Shown piece by piece: positions 18,617 to 28,669 of a stretch of 64,000 nt of DNA (within the stretch, counting starts at the first letter, position 1; every line of letters begins with the position of its first letter). Below the pieces are notes generated by a model. That model had not been told where the DNA came from and did not search any database. It saw nothing but the letters and a program-made list of their open reading frames with translations. Source of the DNA: a candidate division WOR-3 bacterium (GTDB lineage: Bacteria; Hydrothermota; Tepidihabitantia; SM23-42; JAOAFX01); the NCBI GenBank assembly GCA_037444665.1, contig JBBILZ010000001.1, positions 1 to 64,000 on the forward strand, given 5' to 3'. The position numbers and the translations under genes are program-made.

Positions 18617-19929
18617 CAACGACGTCCCCTGATTTTACCTTTTTTCATGAAGCCTTCATAATGATACATTAATAATTGGGATTCAATCTGCTGAACAGTA
18701 TCCAGGGCAACTCCAACAATAATCAAAAGTGTGGTTCCACCAAAGTAAAATGGTACTTTTAAATAGTTTATTAGATACCAGGGCACAAGGGCAATAAAGC
18801 CCAAGAATAATGCACCTGGAAGGGTAATTCTGGAAAGGACACCATCAACATAATCAGCAGTCTTCTGACCGGGCCTAATACCCGGAATAAATCCACCATA
18901 CCGTTTCATATTCTCAGCAAGTTCACCAGGGTTAAAAACAATTGAGGTATAAAAATATGTAAAGAATACAATGAGTGCAAAGAATATTAAATCATAAGCC
19001 CAGAAACCGGGCCTGAATAACTCTGCCAGGTATTTCAAGGTGGGGACATAAGCAGCAATTGTTCCTGGAAATACAACGAGTGATTGGGCAAAAATAATTG
19101 GTATCACACCTGCCGTATTTACACGCAAAGGCAAGAATGTTGATTGACCACCATACATCCGGCGGCCAATCACCCTCTTTGGATACTGGACTGGGATTCT
19201 TCTTGTTGCCTGTGTCATCACAATGACCGCTGCCACAATTAATACCATAATTATAATAACAATAAATAGATTTATCAATGAAAGTCCCTGAGTTGCTACA
19301 AGTTGTGCAGTTCTAAGGAAGTAAATAGGATACTCTTCAAGACATCCGATAAATATAAGAAATGAAATACCATTTCCAATGCCCTTTTCCGTAATCTGTT
19401 CACCAATCCACATTGCAAATATTGCTCCGCAGGTCAAGGTCAATACTGAAGAAATGCGGAACATCCATCCTGGTTCATAGACAATAGGCACAACACCACC
19501 AGCAGCAGCAAACTTCTGCATCTCAAGATACGCAGAGATACCGAATGCCTGGAACGCTGCAAGGGCAACTGTAAGATACCTTGTATACTGAGTTATCTTT
19601 CTACGACCTGCCTGGTCACGCTGCATTTTTTCTATCTGCGGAAATACTGAGCCAAGCAATTGGAATATAATAGAAGAAGATATGTAAGGCATAACACCGA
19701 GGAACAATATTGCTGCCCTTGATAATGCTCCACCCACAAAAATATCATACATACCGAATAAAGAACCCTGCTGTTTTAATTGCTGCATCAATAAGCCGAG
19801 TGCCTGGGCATTTATGCCGGGCAAAGGGATATGGGCACCAAGACGGTATATACAGACTGCACCCAGGGTAAATAATAATTTTTTCTTAAGGTCAGGAACC
19901 TTAAAAATATTCTGAAATGTGGACATCAT
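18616..19929 (-). CDS. secY: Preprotein translocase SecY
   Basis: LGVMPYISSSII, GIGNGIS, GVIPIIFA, IPGIRPG, GGTTLLI. Confidence 0.98.
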   Translation of the reverse strand: MMSTFQNIFKVPDLKKKLLFTLGAVCIYRLGAHIPLPGINAQALGLLMQQLKQQGSLFGMYDIFVGGALSRAAILFLGVMPYISSSIIFQLLGSVFPQIEKMQRDQAGRRKITQYTRYLTVALAAFQAFGISAYLEMQKFAAAGGVVPIVYEPGWMFRISSVLTLTCGAIFAMWIGEQITEKGIGNGISFLIFIGCLEEYPIYFLRTAQLVATQGLSLINLFIVIIIMVLIVAAVIVMTQATRRIPVQYPKRVIGRRMYGGQSTFLPLRVNTAGVIPIIFAQSLVVFPGTIAAYVPTLKYLAELFRPGFWAYDLIFFALIVFFTYFYTSIVFNPGELAENMKRYGGFIPGIRPGQKTADYVDGVLSRITLPGALFLGFIALVPWYLINYLKVPFYFGGTTLLIIVGVALDTVQQIESQLLMYHYEGFMKKGKIRGRR

Positions 19930-20366
19930 AAAATCTTCTCCGCTTTGCCGCCTGCGGCAGTAATCTTTTCCAGTGCCTTTTTTGAGAAGGCATGTGCCTT
20001 GACAATGAGTGGCTTATCAAGGTTACCCTGACTAAGAATCTTTAGTTTTGAAATACCCTTAACAATACCGTTCTGTTTCAAAATTTCGGGTGTGATCTCT
20101 GAATTTGCGGAAAATTTTGCAAGTTGAAAAATATTTACAATTTCATATTCCTGTGCCGTATAATTTTTGAATCCGCGTTTGGGTATTCTTCTTGTCAATG
20201 GCATCTGCCCACCTTCAAATCCCATTTTCACTCTGTATCCTGAACGTTGCTTATGACCTTTGTGACCACGGCAAGAGGTCTTGCCATGGCCCGAACCCGG
20301 TCCACAACCAATTCTTTTCTTCTTATGGGTGCTACCCTTTTTTGGTCTTAATTCACTCAGCTTCAT
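19926..20366 (-). CDS. rplO: 50S ribosomal protein L15
   Basis: GSGHGKT; FEGGQMPL.RRIPKRGF. Confidence 0.97.
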   Translation of the reverse strand: MKLSELRPKKGSTHKKKRIGCGPGSGHGKTSCRGHKGHKQRSGYRVKMGFEGGQMPLTRRIPKRGFKNYTAQEYEIVNIFQLAKFSANSEITPEILKQNGIVKGISKLKILSQGNLDKPLIVKAHAFSKKALEKITAAGGKAEKIL

Positions 20367-20548
20367 TCCTGGATCTCCTGAACTTCAACCATATATGCAA
20401 TCTTCTCAAGCATCCCCCTTACTGCTTTATTATCAGGGAAAATTCTTGATTTGCCGATTCTATTTAGACCAAGTGCTTTAAGGATAAGTTTGTGTTTCTT
20501 TATTTTATCAATCGGGCTCTTCTTTAATATCACTTTTATCTTTTTCAT
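20363..20548 (-). CDS. rpmD: 50S ribosomal protein L30
   Basis: KSPI...LKALGL...VRGM; located between rpsE and rplO. Confidence 0.95.
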   Translation of the reverse strand: MKKIKVILKKSPIDKIKKHKLILKALGLNRIGKSRIFPDNKAVRGMLEKIAYMVEVQEIQE

Positions 20549-21044
20549 ATCTCTTCCTCATAAAATATTCAACTGGTTTGTTGCGCATTTCAGCAACTAA
20601 CTGGACTGAACGAATTGATTTCAGCCCTTTTATCGTTGCTATTGCTAAATTTGTAGAATTTCTTGAACCCAGAGCCTTGGAAAGAATATCTTTTATACCA
20701 GCTGCCTGACATACTGCCCGCACTGCATTGGATGCGATAATCCCGCTACCGGGTAGTGCTGGTTTAAGAATCACCTTGCTTGCTGAATACTTTCCAATCA
20801 CCGGATGGAGGATAGTGCCATCAACAACTTGCACCTGAACCATATTTTTCTTGGCGATCTCAGTCGCTTTTTTAATGGCAGGCGCAACCTCAGCAGATTT
20901 TGCATGTCCAATACCAACCTTGCCCGCACCATCACCGACCACAACACAGGCATAAAGTTTTAATCGCTTTCCACCTTTAATAACCTTTGAGACCCTCTTT
21001 AGTTCTACAACTTTTTCAATAAATTCAACTGCATTCTCCTGCAT
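20508..21044 (-). CDS. rpsE: 30S ribosomal protein S5
   Basis: RVSKVIKGG, VVVGDGAGKVGIG, KALGSRN. Confidence 0.97.
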   Translation of the reverse strand: MQENAVEFIEKVVELKRVSKVIKGGKRLKLYACVVVGDGAGKVGIGHAKSAEVAPAIKKATEIAKKNMVQVQVVDGTILHPVIGKYSASKVILKPALPGSGIIASNAVRAVCQAAGIKDILSKALGSRNSTNLAIATIKGLKSIRSVQLVAEMRNKPVEYFMRKRYEKDKSDIKEEPD

Positions 21045-21056
21045 ATAATCGTCCCC

Positions 21057-21401
21057 CTAAAATTTTAATCCTGATTCTCTTGCACCCTCAGCAAGTGCCT
21101 TTAGTCTGCCGTGATATTTATACCCACCACGGTCAAAACAGACCTTTTTTATCCCTTTTTCAAGTGCCAGCCTTGCCACTGCCTTGCCAATTTCGCGAGC
21201 AACATCAACCTTTTTCTTTCCTTTTAAGCCCGGAGCATTCACTGAAGATACCCCACAAATAATTATCCCTTTACTGTCGTCAATAATTTGAGCATAGATG
21301 TGTTGATTGCTCCGGAATACACAGAGTCTGGGTTTATCCGAAACTCCGATTAGATTTTTTCTAATTCTTTTATGCCTTCTTATTCTTCCAATTAATTTCA
21401 T
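21057..21401 (-). CDS. rplR: 50S ribosomal protein L18
   Basis: [25 protein letters not shown]. Confidence 0.97.
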   Translation of the reverse strand: MKLIGRIRRHKRIRKNLIGVSDKPRLCVFRSNQHIYAQIIDDSKGIIICGVSSVNAPGLKGKKKVDVAREIGKAVARLALEKGIKKVCFDRGGYKYHGRLKALAEGARESGLKF

Positions 21402-21413
21402 ATTAATTCACCA

Positions 21414-21986
21414 TTATGTTGCCTGTGCTACAGCACGTTTACCAACTTTTTTCCGTATAACCTCATTCGCATACCGTATGCCTTTATGTTTATAAGGGTC
21501 CGGTACCCGTATCTTTTTTATATTAGCAGCAACATCACCGACCAATTGTTTATCAATTCCCTTTAATGTTATATTAGTAAGGTCGCCCTTATCTGCGCTC
21601 TTTATGGTCTGCAATTCACATTTTATACCTGGAGGCAAAGTAATGGTTACGGGTTTTGTATATCCAACAAATAATTGAATACCACCACTCACTGCCTGAG
21701 CCCGGTAACCAGTCCCCTGTACTACCAGGGTCTTAGAATAACCTTCAGTTACACCTTTAATCATATTTAAAATAAGTGTTCTTGTAGTGCCCTGGTCATG
21801 CTGAGCATTAATAGTATCATTGTTGGTAAGAACTTTTAAAGTTTTATTTTCCAATTCTACCCGCACATTTTTGGAAATGGTTAATTTCAATTCACCTAAA
21901 GGACCCTTAACTTTTACGGTCTCTCCTTCAATGGTCAATTGCACTTTATCAGGAATTATTACTGGCTTCGCTCTCATCCTTGCCAT
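21414..21986 (-). CDS. rplF: 50S ribosomal protein L6
   Basis: VKGPLGEL; NMIKGVTEG; PDPYKHKGIRY. Confidence 0.97.
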   Translation of the reverse strand: MARMRAKPVIIPDKVQLTIEGETVKVKGPLGELKLTISKNVRVELENKTLKVLTNNDTINAQHDQGTTRTLILNMIKGVTEGYSKTLVVQGTGYRAQAVSGGIQLFVGYTKPVTITLPPGIKCELQTIKSADKGDLTNITLKGIDKQLVGDVAANIKKIRVPDPYKHKGIRYANEVIRKKVGKRAVAQAT

Positions 21987-22001
21987 TTTTAAAACTCCTT
22001 T

Positions 22002-22391
22002 TTAATAAACATACCCGATAACTTCTCCACCAATCTTTTGTTTACGTGCTTCGCGGTCTGTCATTACCCCCTTAGAGGTTGTGAGGATTGCAAGGCCCAT
22101 ACCTTTTAAAATCGTCGGGATCTCATCCCTGGAAACATAAATACGACGACCACAGGTTGATGTCCGTTGCAGGTCCCGTATTACTGATTCACCTTCTTTT
22201 GAATATTTCAGCATCACTGTTATCTTGCGCGGTCGCTTCTCAGAATCTAAACTAAAATTATTGATAAAACCTTCCTCAAGCAGTATGCGCAGAATCTCTA
22301 TATGCAATCGTGAATAGGGCACAACTACCTCAGTTTTATTTGCGCGACAGCCATTTCTAATTATCGTAAACATATCAGCAATTGGATCCAC
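22002..22391 (-). CDS. rpsH: 30S ribosomal protein S8 (GTG start)
   Basis: DPIADMFTIIRNG; TSKGVMTDREAR; GGEV. Confidence 0.97.
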   Translation of the reverse strand: MDPIADMFTIIRNGCRANKTEVVVPYSRLHIEILRILLEEGFINNFSLDSEKRPRKITVMLKYSKEGESVIRDLQRTSTCGRRIYVSRDEIPTILKGMGLAILTTSKGVMTDREARKQKIGGEVIGYVY

Positions 22392-22452
22392 TTATGCCTC
22401 CTGTTCCCATATAGCATAATATCTCTTTATATAAATTTTTAGCATAGCATAT

Positions 22453-22480
22453 ATTATACCTAATTTTTGAAAAATGTCAA
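22453..22480 (-). promoter_or_regulatory. Promoter TTGACA-N16-TATAAT driving the rpsH-led ribosomal cluster
   Basis: Perfect hexamers about 60 nt upstream of rpsH. Confidence 0.8.
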
Positions 22481-22525
22481 GTGAAAATTGCAAAGTCTCA
22501 AGACATGGTATCCACCCCCAAAGAA
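22475..22525 (+). repeat. IS-end-like direct repeat, copy 1 (copy 2 at 24533-24582)
   Basis: Both copies read tgtcaag...gcaRagtYtcaagacatggtatccaccccMaaagaa. Confidence 0.7.
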
Positions 22526-22617
22526 TTTTTTAGGGTGAAAAAGTCTTACTCTGTTGCCCTGGATTCTGAACCACGCCTTGGAATAGGGACTTCAGTCCCG
22601 TGCAACCTCTGATGATG

Positions 22618-22746
22618 CACATAATCCCCGCTACCGTGCGGATAAATCCAAATGAACTATTGTAAATCGTTAAATGGCTGTCGGTTTAGAGATGCGCTTC
22701 GTCATCGGTTATCGTCCATCGTTTAACGAAAACAAAGGACGAAGCC
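22618..22746 (+). repeat. Dispersed palindromic repeat family A (inverted homolog at about 60960-61132)
   Basis: gtaaatcgttaaa....tgtcggtttagagatgcgYttcgtc core shared with the reverse complement of about 61052-61094. Confidence 0.75.
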
Positions 22747-22780
22747 TTTTTGCTTTTCTAAACCGTGACTTGCTACTTGC

Positions 22781-23656
22781 TCATCCTATCTCAAAAATAT
22801 CACCTTTAACGACACCGTAATTGATACCAGCCACACGAGTCCCATGATTTGTTATAATGTTGAGATTTGACCCCATAGCCACCAGTACCTTCTTTGCCCT
22901 TTGATATTCTGATCTTTCCGAAGTACTTGTGATATCACCCAAGCAAACAACATATTTAATTGGATAATTATAGCCCGGACCCATTAACTGATTTATTTTT
23001 GTTACGATGTTTTCATTATTTTCAATTGCAGATGTTGTCTCATTTGGGTCATTATCAGAATCGTTGAACCCAGGAGAACCAAAATCCTGCAGCCAAAGTG
23101 TATCAGATCCTATTATATGTCGTTGTTTCTTCTTTCCTTCAGCAATATGCAAATCAGTTATTATCGCAAAAGCATACGTACATGGGCCAGCACCAACCGT
23201 ATCCATTTTTGTATAAACTGTCATCGGGAGGATAATTGGGATTTCAGCACGTACTTTGAATTCAACGAACTCAAATTTTAATGGCTCAAAAGTTATTGCC
23301 CCGCCTACACGAATTACTTTATCTGTATTAGGAAATTCAATATCCATTTGTTGTAAATTAGCTATGTCAACTACTGTTCCATCATGCCAGTTACTGAAAG
23401 TGAATATTGTCTCTCCTTTGTTGTCGGTTATTTGTTCCTGGCTTAAATTCTCTATCATACCTGTGCGATAAATAGTTACCTTAATCTCACGTCTTCTAAC
23501 AAGACTATCAGATACCCAATTTCCCAATGTATCAAAGTGACCTGAAGAAAATGGATATTTGACTACAACCTTAAAAGAATAGGTCGCTCCACCAAAAGTA
23601 ATTAAACACAAAGAAACGGTTAATATAACTGCACCGTGAATATATCTATTAAACAT
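22781..23656 (-). pseudogene. Secreted metallophosphoesterase-like protein, truncated or chimeric
   Basis: Signal peptide, ITDLH and CLGD motifs, but ends before a GNH motif; tail contains NHGTRVAGI. Confidence 0.55.
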
Positions 23657-23666
23657 AACTACCTCC

Positions 23667-24410
23667 TCATAAATTTAATCCTATGGTAGCACATAAAGGC
23701 GGCAAACTAAAGAAGAAGATACCCTCAGGATAAAAACTTCCTTTTTCCTCTTTTTTTATCCATTTATCAAGCATGAAAACACCAATTCCGCTCCCGAGCG
23801 CAGCACCTATTGCAGATTTCCACCAGGAGTTATCCTGATTACATAATTTTCCTACAAACCAAGAGCTGGTGCTACTCAATAAAGTATTTCCAATGATATA
23901 AATCTCATACCCTTGACTTGGGTCGCCGGGATTGTCTATTGTATTATATAATACCATAGCAAGCCCCAAAATAGATGGAATTCCTGAACCAACACTTGCC
24001 CCCAAAAACTCCAACCCGTAAATCCTTGTCTGTTTCCAGAAAGATGTTTTTGGCTGGAGAGTCTCAGCTTCAACCTGCATCATTAAGATGTTGGGATTAA
24101 GATATCCTGAAGCATTGATTGCGCTGGAGTAAGATACTTTTCTTATCCCCATTTCTGAATACACCAAAGTTGGAGAGATAGTGATTGGTTCAGGCAAAGC
24201 GATTTTTGGATAATCCTTTATCCAGACACCCTGCCCAAAACATAACCCACCGATGATAAGGGCAAAAAACATTACCAAGGGCTTTGCCCAGTGAAAAAGA
24301 ATTAGATGCTGAAATAAATTCAGCATGACACGACCCCTGGCATTCCCTTGCTCGCTCTCGTAGAACGAAGTTCTACGGAGAATGCCCTCATATTGACTCT
24401 TATGAGACAT
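23667..24410 (-). CDS. Hypothetical membrane/exported protein
   Basis: ATG 24410 preceded by AGGAGG; Gly-rich hydrophobic helices; N-terminus carries palindromic insertions. Confidence 0.65.
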   Translation of the reverse strand: MSHKSQYEGILRRTSFYESEQGNARGRVMLNLFQHLILFHWAKPLVMFFALIIGGLCFGQGVWIKDYPKIALPEPITISPTLVYSEMGIRKVSYSSAINASGYLNPNILMMQVEAETLQPKTSFWKQTRIYGLEFLGASVGSGIPSILGLAMVLYNTIDNPGDPSQGYEIYIIGNTLLSSTSSWFVGKLCNQDNSWWKSAIGAALGSGIGVFMLDKWIKKEEKGSFYPEGIFFFSLPPLCATIGLNL

Positions 24411-24532
24411 AAGACCTCCTGTGTTGAATTTGGTTGTCAAAAAAGAAACAAATATTCCTGGTGTGTGTGTCGCTTATGGTTAAGAAAATTCCCTATCATA
24501 ATCTTATATATTTTACTCCCAAAAACCAATTT

Positions 24533-24732
24533 TGTCAAGGGGCAAAGCAGAGTTTCAAGACATGGTATCCACCCCAAAAGAAAGTTATTACCAGCGCATT
24601 ATGGACTCTAAATGCCTCGCCGCCATCCGTAAACAAATCGTAGAATTCTATAATACCACCGGGAATATATCTTTAGTTGCCCGAGTTTTTAAAACCACCA
24701 GAAAGACTATCCGCTTTATGGTCTTTTTTTAG
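24533..24732 (+). mobile_element. IS remnant: left end plus N-terminal HTH fragment of a transposase (IS481-like)
   Basis: Begins with TGT; ORF from 24562 MVSTPKESYYQRIM...GNISLVARVFKTTRKTIR is HTH-like and truncated; its end is duplicated at 22475. Confidence 0.55.
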
Positions 24733-24760
24733 CAGAAAAGAAATCATCCCTGCATGAAAT

Positions 24761-24848
24761 TGTAGTTGCTTGATTTATCGGGCATTGTATTAGGGATTGG
24801 GTTAGAAACAGGTCTAAGGTTGTAAGGCATAGCATCCAGTATGGTTAT
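24761..24848 (-). repeat. Dispersed repeat family B with GTAG-REP-like end (homolog 33296-33382)
   Basis: Reverse complement aligns over about 87 nt: taaccatactgg.tgctatgcc.tacaaccttagacctgtttctaacc...tgcccgataaatc. Confidence 0.85.
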
Positions 24849-24952
24849 AGAACAGATTTTGGACTTTTAGGCATTTTTAATTCAGAAAATTTATTTCAAC
24901 GAGGTTCCTCAAACATTTGTTGTTTTTTTGTATATTTTTTATATAATATACT

Positions 24953-25972
24953 GTGCAGCAGAATATATTGAATCTTTCTCTGAATGAACTTGAAGATTTT
25001 TTTAAGCAACTCAATCTTGAGCCATATCGTGCACGCCAGGTCTTTCAATGGCTATGGCAGAAAGGAATAACCGATTTTGATAAAATGACCAACCTTTCTC
25101 TAAATTTAAGAAAGATACTCAATGAAACATTTAAGATAAAACATTTGAATCTCTTAAAAAGATTAAAGGCAAATGATGGTGCTGAAAAATTTCTCTGGCA
25201 ACTTGAAGATGAAAATAAAATTGAATCAGTCTTCATACCTGAACCACCGAGAAAAACAGTCTGTGTTTCAACCCAGGTTGGCTGTCCGCTAAGATGCGAT
25301 TTTTGTGCAACAGGAAGAATTGGATTTAAAAGAAATCTTCAGGCATTTGAAATTGCAAATCAGGTTCAACAGGTGCAAAATTATATTGGAGAAAAATTGA
25401 CCAACATCGTTTTTATGGGTATGGGTGAACCATTACTAAATATTGAAAATGTGAGTAATGCATTAGAGATAATTACTTCTTCTATTGGTCTTGCTATCAG
25501 TCAGCGCCACATTACAATCTCAACTGCGGGCATAATTGAGGGAATAGAGTATTTTTTGAATTCAAAATGGAAGATAAAGCTTGCCATATCACTCAATTTT
25601 GCAGACCAGTCAAAGCGCGAAAAATATATGCCCGTTGCAAAGAATAATAGACTCAACGATGTGCTTAAACTTGCCCGTGAATATTCAGCAAAAAAACAGA
25701 TGGTTACTTTTGAATATGTTTTAATTAAAGGTATAAATGATTCGCTTGAGGATGCACACCAACTTTTGAAATTACTAAAATCAATCCCCTCAAAAATTAA
25801 TCTAATTCCTTATAATGAGCACCCTGAACTTCCATATCAGGCACCAGACAGAGAAACAATTGAGCAATTCCAGAAGGTTCTATTCAATTCAAACCATCCG
25901 GTTATCCTGCGCAAATCAAAGGGCAAGGATATTCTGGCTGCCTGTGGCCAGCTCGCAGGACAACCCTGTTAA
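24953..25972 (+). CDS. rlmN: 23S rRNA m2A2503/tRNA methyltransferase RlmN (GTG start)
   Basis: CVSTQVGCPLRCDFC, MGMGEP, NLIPYN, AACGQL. Confidence 0.95.
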   Translation: MQQNILNLSLNELEDFFKQLNLEPYRARQVFQWLWQKGITDFDKMTNLSLNLRKILNETFKIKHLNLLKRLKANDGAEKFLWQLEDENKIESVFIPEPPRKTVCVSTQVGCPLRCDFCATGRIGFKRNLQAFEIANQVQQVQNYIGEKLTNIVFMGMGEPLLNIENVSNALEIITSSIGLAISQRHITISTAGIIEGIEYFLNSKWKIKLAISLNFADQSKREKYMPVAKNNRLNDVLKLAREYSAKKQMVTFEYVLIKGINDSLEDAHQLLKLLKSIPSKINLIPYNEHPELPYQAPDRETIEQFQKVLFNSNHPVILRKSKGKDILAACGQLAGQPC

Positions 25973-25979
25973 TTAAAAT

Positions 25980-26558
25980 TTAGTAGTTCTCTGCCAGAAC
26001 TTCATAGAAAGATTGCGGATGTTTGCACGCCGGACATTCCTTAGGTGCATCAGCCCCTTCAAAAATATAACCACAATTTCTACAGTGCCATTTTACAACA
26101 TTGCCTTTTTTAAAGACCGCATTATTTTTAACATTGGCAAGTAATTTCCGGTAACGGCTTTCATGAAATTTTTCCACTTTGGCAATCTCTCTAAATGAAT
26201 GAGCAATTTCAGGAAAACCTTCTTCATCAGCAATCTTTGCAAAATCAGCATAGAGTTTTGTCCATTCAAAATTTTCGCCATCTGCAGCAGATTGAAGATT
26301 GGATGCAGTATCTTTTATCATTCCGGCTGGATATGCTGCAGTTATCTCCAGGTCACCACCTTCAAGATATTTAAAAAAGACTTTGGCATGCTCTTTTTCA
26401 TTATCTGCAGTCTCTAAGAATATTGCTGAAATCTGTTCATAACCTTCTTTTTTTGCTGCCGAAGCAAAATATGTATAACGGTTACGTGCCTGACTTTCTC
26501 CGGCAAAAGAGATCAACAGATTCTTTTCTGTTTTTGTTCCTTTCAATGATTTAGCCAT
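25980..26558 (-). CDS. rbr: Rubrerythrin
   Basis: [28 protein letters not shown]...CPACKH. Confidence 0.95.
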   Translation of the reverse strand: MAKSLKGTKTEKNLLISFAGESQARNRYTYFASAAKKEGYEQISAIFLETADNEKEHAKVFFKYLEGGDLEITAAYPAGMIKDTASNLQSAADGENFEWTKLYADFAKIADEEGFPEIAHSFREIAKVEKFHESRYRKLLANVKNNAVFKKGNVVKWHCRNCGYIFEGADAPKECPACKHPQSFYEVLAENY

Positions 26559-26570
26559 AAAGACTCCTAT

Positions 26571-27440
26571 TTATTTTAATATCTCTTTAATTAATTCTGC
26601 TACATTGGCCGGTGTCTCTCCAACCCTGACACCCGCAGACTCAAATGCCTTTATCTTTTCTGCCGCAGTTCCTGCAGTTCCTGAGATTATTGCACCAGCA
26701 TGGCCCATCCTTTTGTCTGGTGGTGCAGTCTTACCTACAATAAAACCGAATGCCGGTTTCTTAAAATACTTTTTAATATAGTCTGCTGCATCCTGCTCAT
26801 CCCTGCCCCCGATTTCACCAACAAGCACAACCGCTTCTGTATCCGGGTCTTTTGCAAACAATTCAAGGCAATCAATAAATTTTGTGCCGATTATCGGGTC
26901 ACCACCAATGCCAATACAGGTGGATTGACCAAGCCCTATTCTCGTAATATGGTCAACAATTTCATAGGTGAGCGTACCACTACGGGATATAACACCGACC
27001 TTTCCTTTCTTGAATATATGCCCTGGTAAAATACCAACTTTTGCCTCACCTGCAGACACAAGACCTGGTGAATTAGGACCAATCAAACGACATTTTTTAT
27101 CTTTTAAATAGGCAATAATCTTCACCATTTCAACTGTGGGAATCCCTTCAGAAATACAAACAACCAGTTCTACGCCTGCATCAATCGCTTCATAGATTGC
27201 ACCCGGTGCAAACTTTGCCGGAACAAAAATAACCGAAGTATTAGCACCTGTGTTCTTCACTGCCTCAGCCACAGAATTGAATACAGGCACACCCTCAACC
27301 TCTGTGCCACCCTTTCCTGGGGTCACTCCTGCAACAACCTTTGTTCCGTAATTTAGCATCTGCCGTGTATGGAAACTACCATCCCTGCCTGTAATACCCT
27401 GAACAACTAACTTCGTGTTTTTATTTATCAAGATACTCAT
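26571..27440 (-). CDS. sucD: Succinyl-CoA ligase alpha subunit
   Basis: [36 protein letters not shown]. Confidence 0.97.
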   Translation of the reverse strand: MSILINKNTKLVVQGITGRDGSFHTRQMLNYGTKVVAGVTPGKGGTEVEGVPVFNSVAEAVKNTGANTSVIFVPAKFAPGAIYEAIDAGVELVVCISEGIPTVEMVKIIAYLKDKKCRLIGPNSPGLVSAGEAKVGILPGHIFKKGKVGVISRSGTLTYEIVDHITRIGLGQSTCIGIGGDPIIGTKFIDCLELFAKDPDTEAVVLVGEIGGRDEQDAADYIKKYFKKPAFGFIVGKTAPPDKRMGHAGAIISGTAGTAAEKIKAFESAGVRVGETPANVAELIKEILK

Positions 27441-27456
27441 TTTTTCTCCTTGTTAT

Positions 27457-28590
27457 TTATTTTGAAAGAAGTTCAATCGCCTTTTTGGCACCTTCATCCA
27501 TTGTTTTGGCAAAGATCAATCCTGCCTCTTTTAAAATTTCCATTGCCTTATCTTCATTTGTGCCAGTTAATCGTGCTACAATAGGTTGTTTGATATTCAA
27601 AGATTTTTTTGCCTCAAGAATTCCTGTAGCAACATCATCACACCGTGTAATACCGCCAAATATATTCAAGAATATGACCTTTACATTCTTATCCCGCAAC
27701 AGTATAGAAAGGGCATTCTTAACCTTTTCTGGAGAGGAAGAGCCACCAATATCCAGGAAATTTGCGGGTTCACCGCCAAAATACTTTACCAAATCCATTG
27801 TTGCCATTGCCAGGCCAGCGCCATTAACCACACAACCTATATTACCATTAAGTTTTACATAGGACAGGTCACTTTCACGGGCAAGGAGTTCATTTTCATC
27901 CTCACTTTCTCTGTCACGCATTGCCTCAATCTCAGGGTGGCGATAAAGACCATTATCGTCAAAATTAATCTTGGCATCAAGGGCAATAAGTTTACCCGTA
28001 TTATCAACAACCAGCGGATTTATCTCAGCAAGTGACGCATCATTTTCAACAAATAATCTGTAAAGTTTCTCTGCAATATTCGCACATTCAATCGCAGTCT
28101 TTGTATTTCCATAAAGAAAGAGTCCAATCTCTCTTGCCTTGTGTTCAAGTAGACCTAACAAAGGGTCAGCATAGACTTTGTAGATTGCCTCTGGTCTCTG
28201 CCGCGCCACTTCTTCAATCTCTACACCACCTTCTTTGCATGCCATAAAAACAATCTTCTTTTCATTACGGTCAATAATTATTCCCAGATAGGCTTCAGAT
28301 GCAATACCTATTGCTTCAGAAACAAGCACTTTTTTTACAGGTATACCCTTTATCTCCATTCCCAATATCTTTGAACCAAATTCCTTAACCTCTGCATCAT
28401 TCTTTGCTACTTTTATACCACCAGCCTTACCCCTGCCACCAACCATTACCTGCGCTTTGATAACACAGGGTAATCCTATCTCTTTTGCACTTAGAATAAC
28501 TTCATCCAGATTAAAACAGACCTTTTCCCGGGGCACGGGAATATTATATTTTTTGAAAAATTCCTTTGCCTGATATTCATGGATTTTCAA
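27457..28590 (-). CDS. sucC: Succinyl-CoA ligase beta subunit (TTG start)
   Basis: KIHEYQAK, GGRGKAGG, EINPL, NGAGLAMATMD, GGITRCD. Confidence 0.97.
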   Translation of the reverse strand: MKIHEYQAKEFFKKYNIPVPREKVCFNLDEVILSAKEIGLPCVIKAQVMVGGRGKAGGIKVAKNDAEVKEFGSKILGMEIKGIPVKKVLVSEAIGIASEAYLGIIIDRNEKKIVFMACKEGGVEIEEVARQRPEAIYKVYADPLLGLLEHKAREIGLFLYGNTKTAIECANIAEKLYRLFVENDASLAEINPLVVDNTGKLIALDAKINFDDNGLYRHPEIEAMRDRESEDENELLARESDLSYVKLNGNIGCVVNGAGLAMATMDLVKYFGGEPANFLDIGGSSSPEKVKNALSILLRDKNVKVIFLNIFGGITRCDDVATGILEAKKSLNIKQPIVARLTGTNEDKAMEILKEAGLIFAKTMDEGAKKAIELLSK

Positions 28591-28610
28591 ATTGCCTCCT
28601 TACAAAGGCA

Positions 28611-28638
28611 ATTATATGCAGAATAACACCAAAGTCAA
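28611..28638 (-). promoter_or_regulatory. Promoter TTGACT-N16-TATAAT for sucCD-rbr
   Basis: Hexamers upstream of an AGGAGG RBS. Confidence 0.7.
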
Positions 28639-28669
28639 GATAACCAGCATGGCATCAGCATCGCCTTAC

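Noticed and set aside
13704..21495. Many short + strand ORFs opposite the ribosomal genes, and similar shadow ORFs elsewhere
   Set aside because: Antisense shadows of conserved genes with no RBS or motifs; the Phe-rich ones mirror Lys-rich codons.
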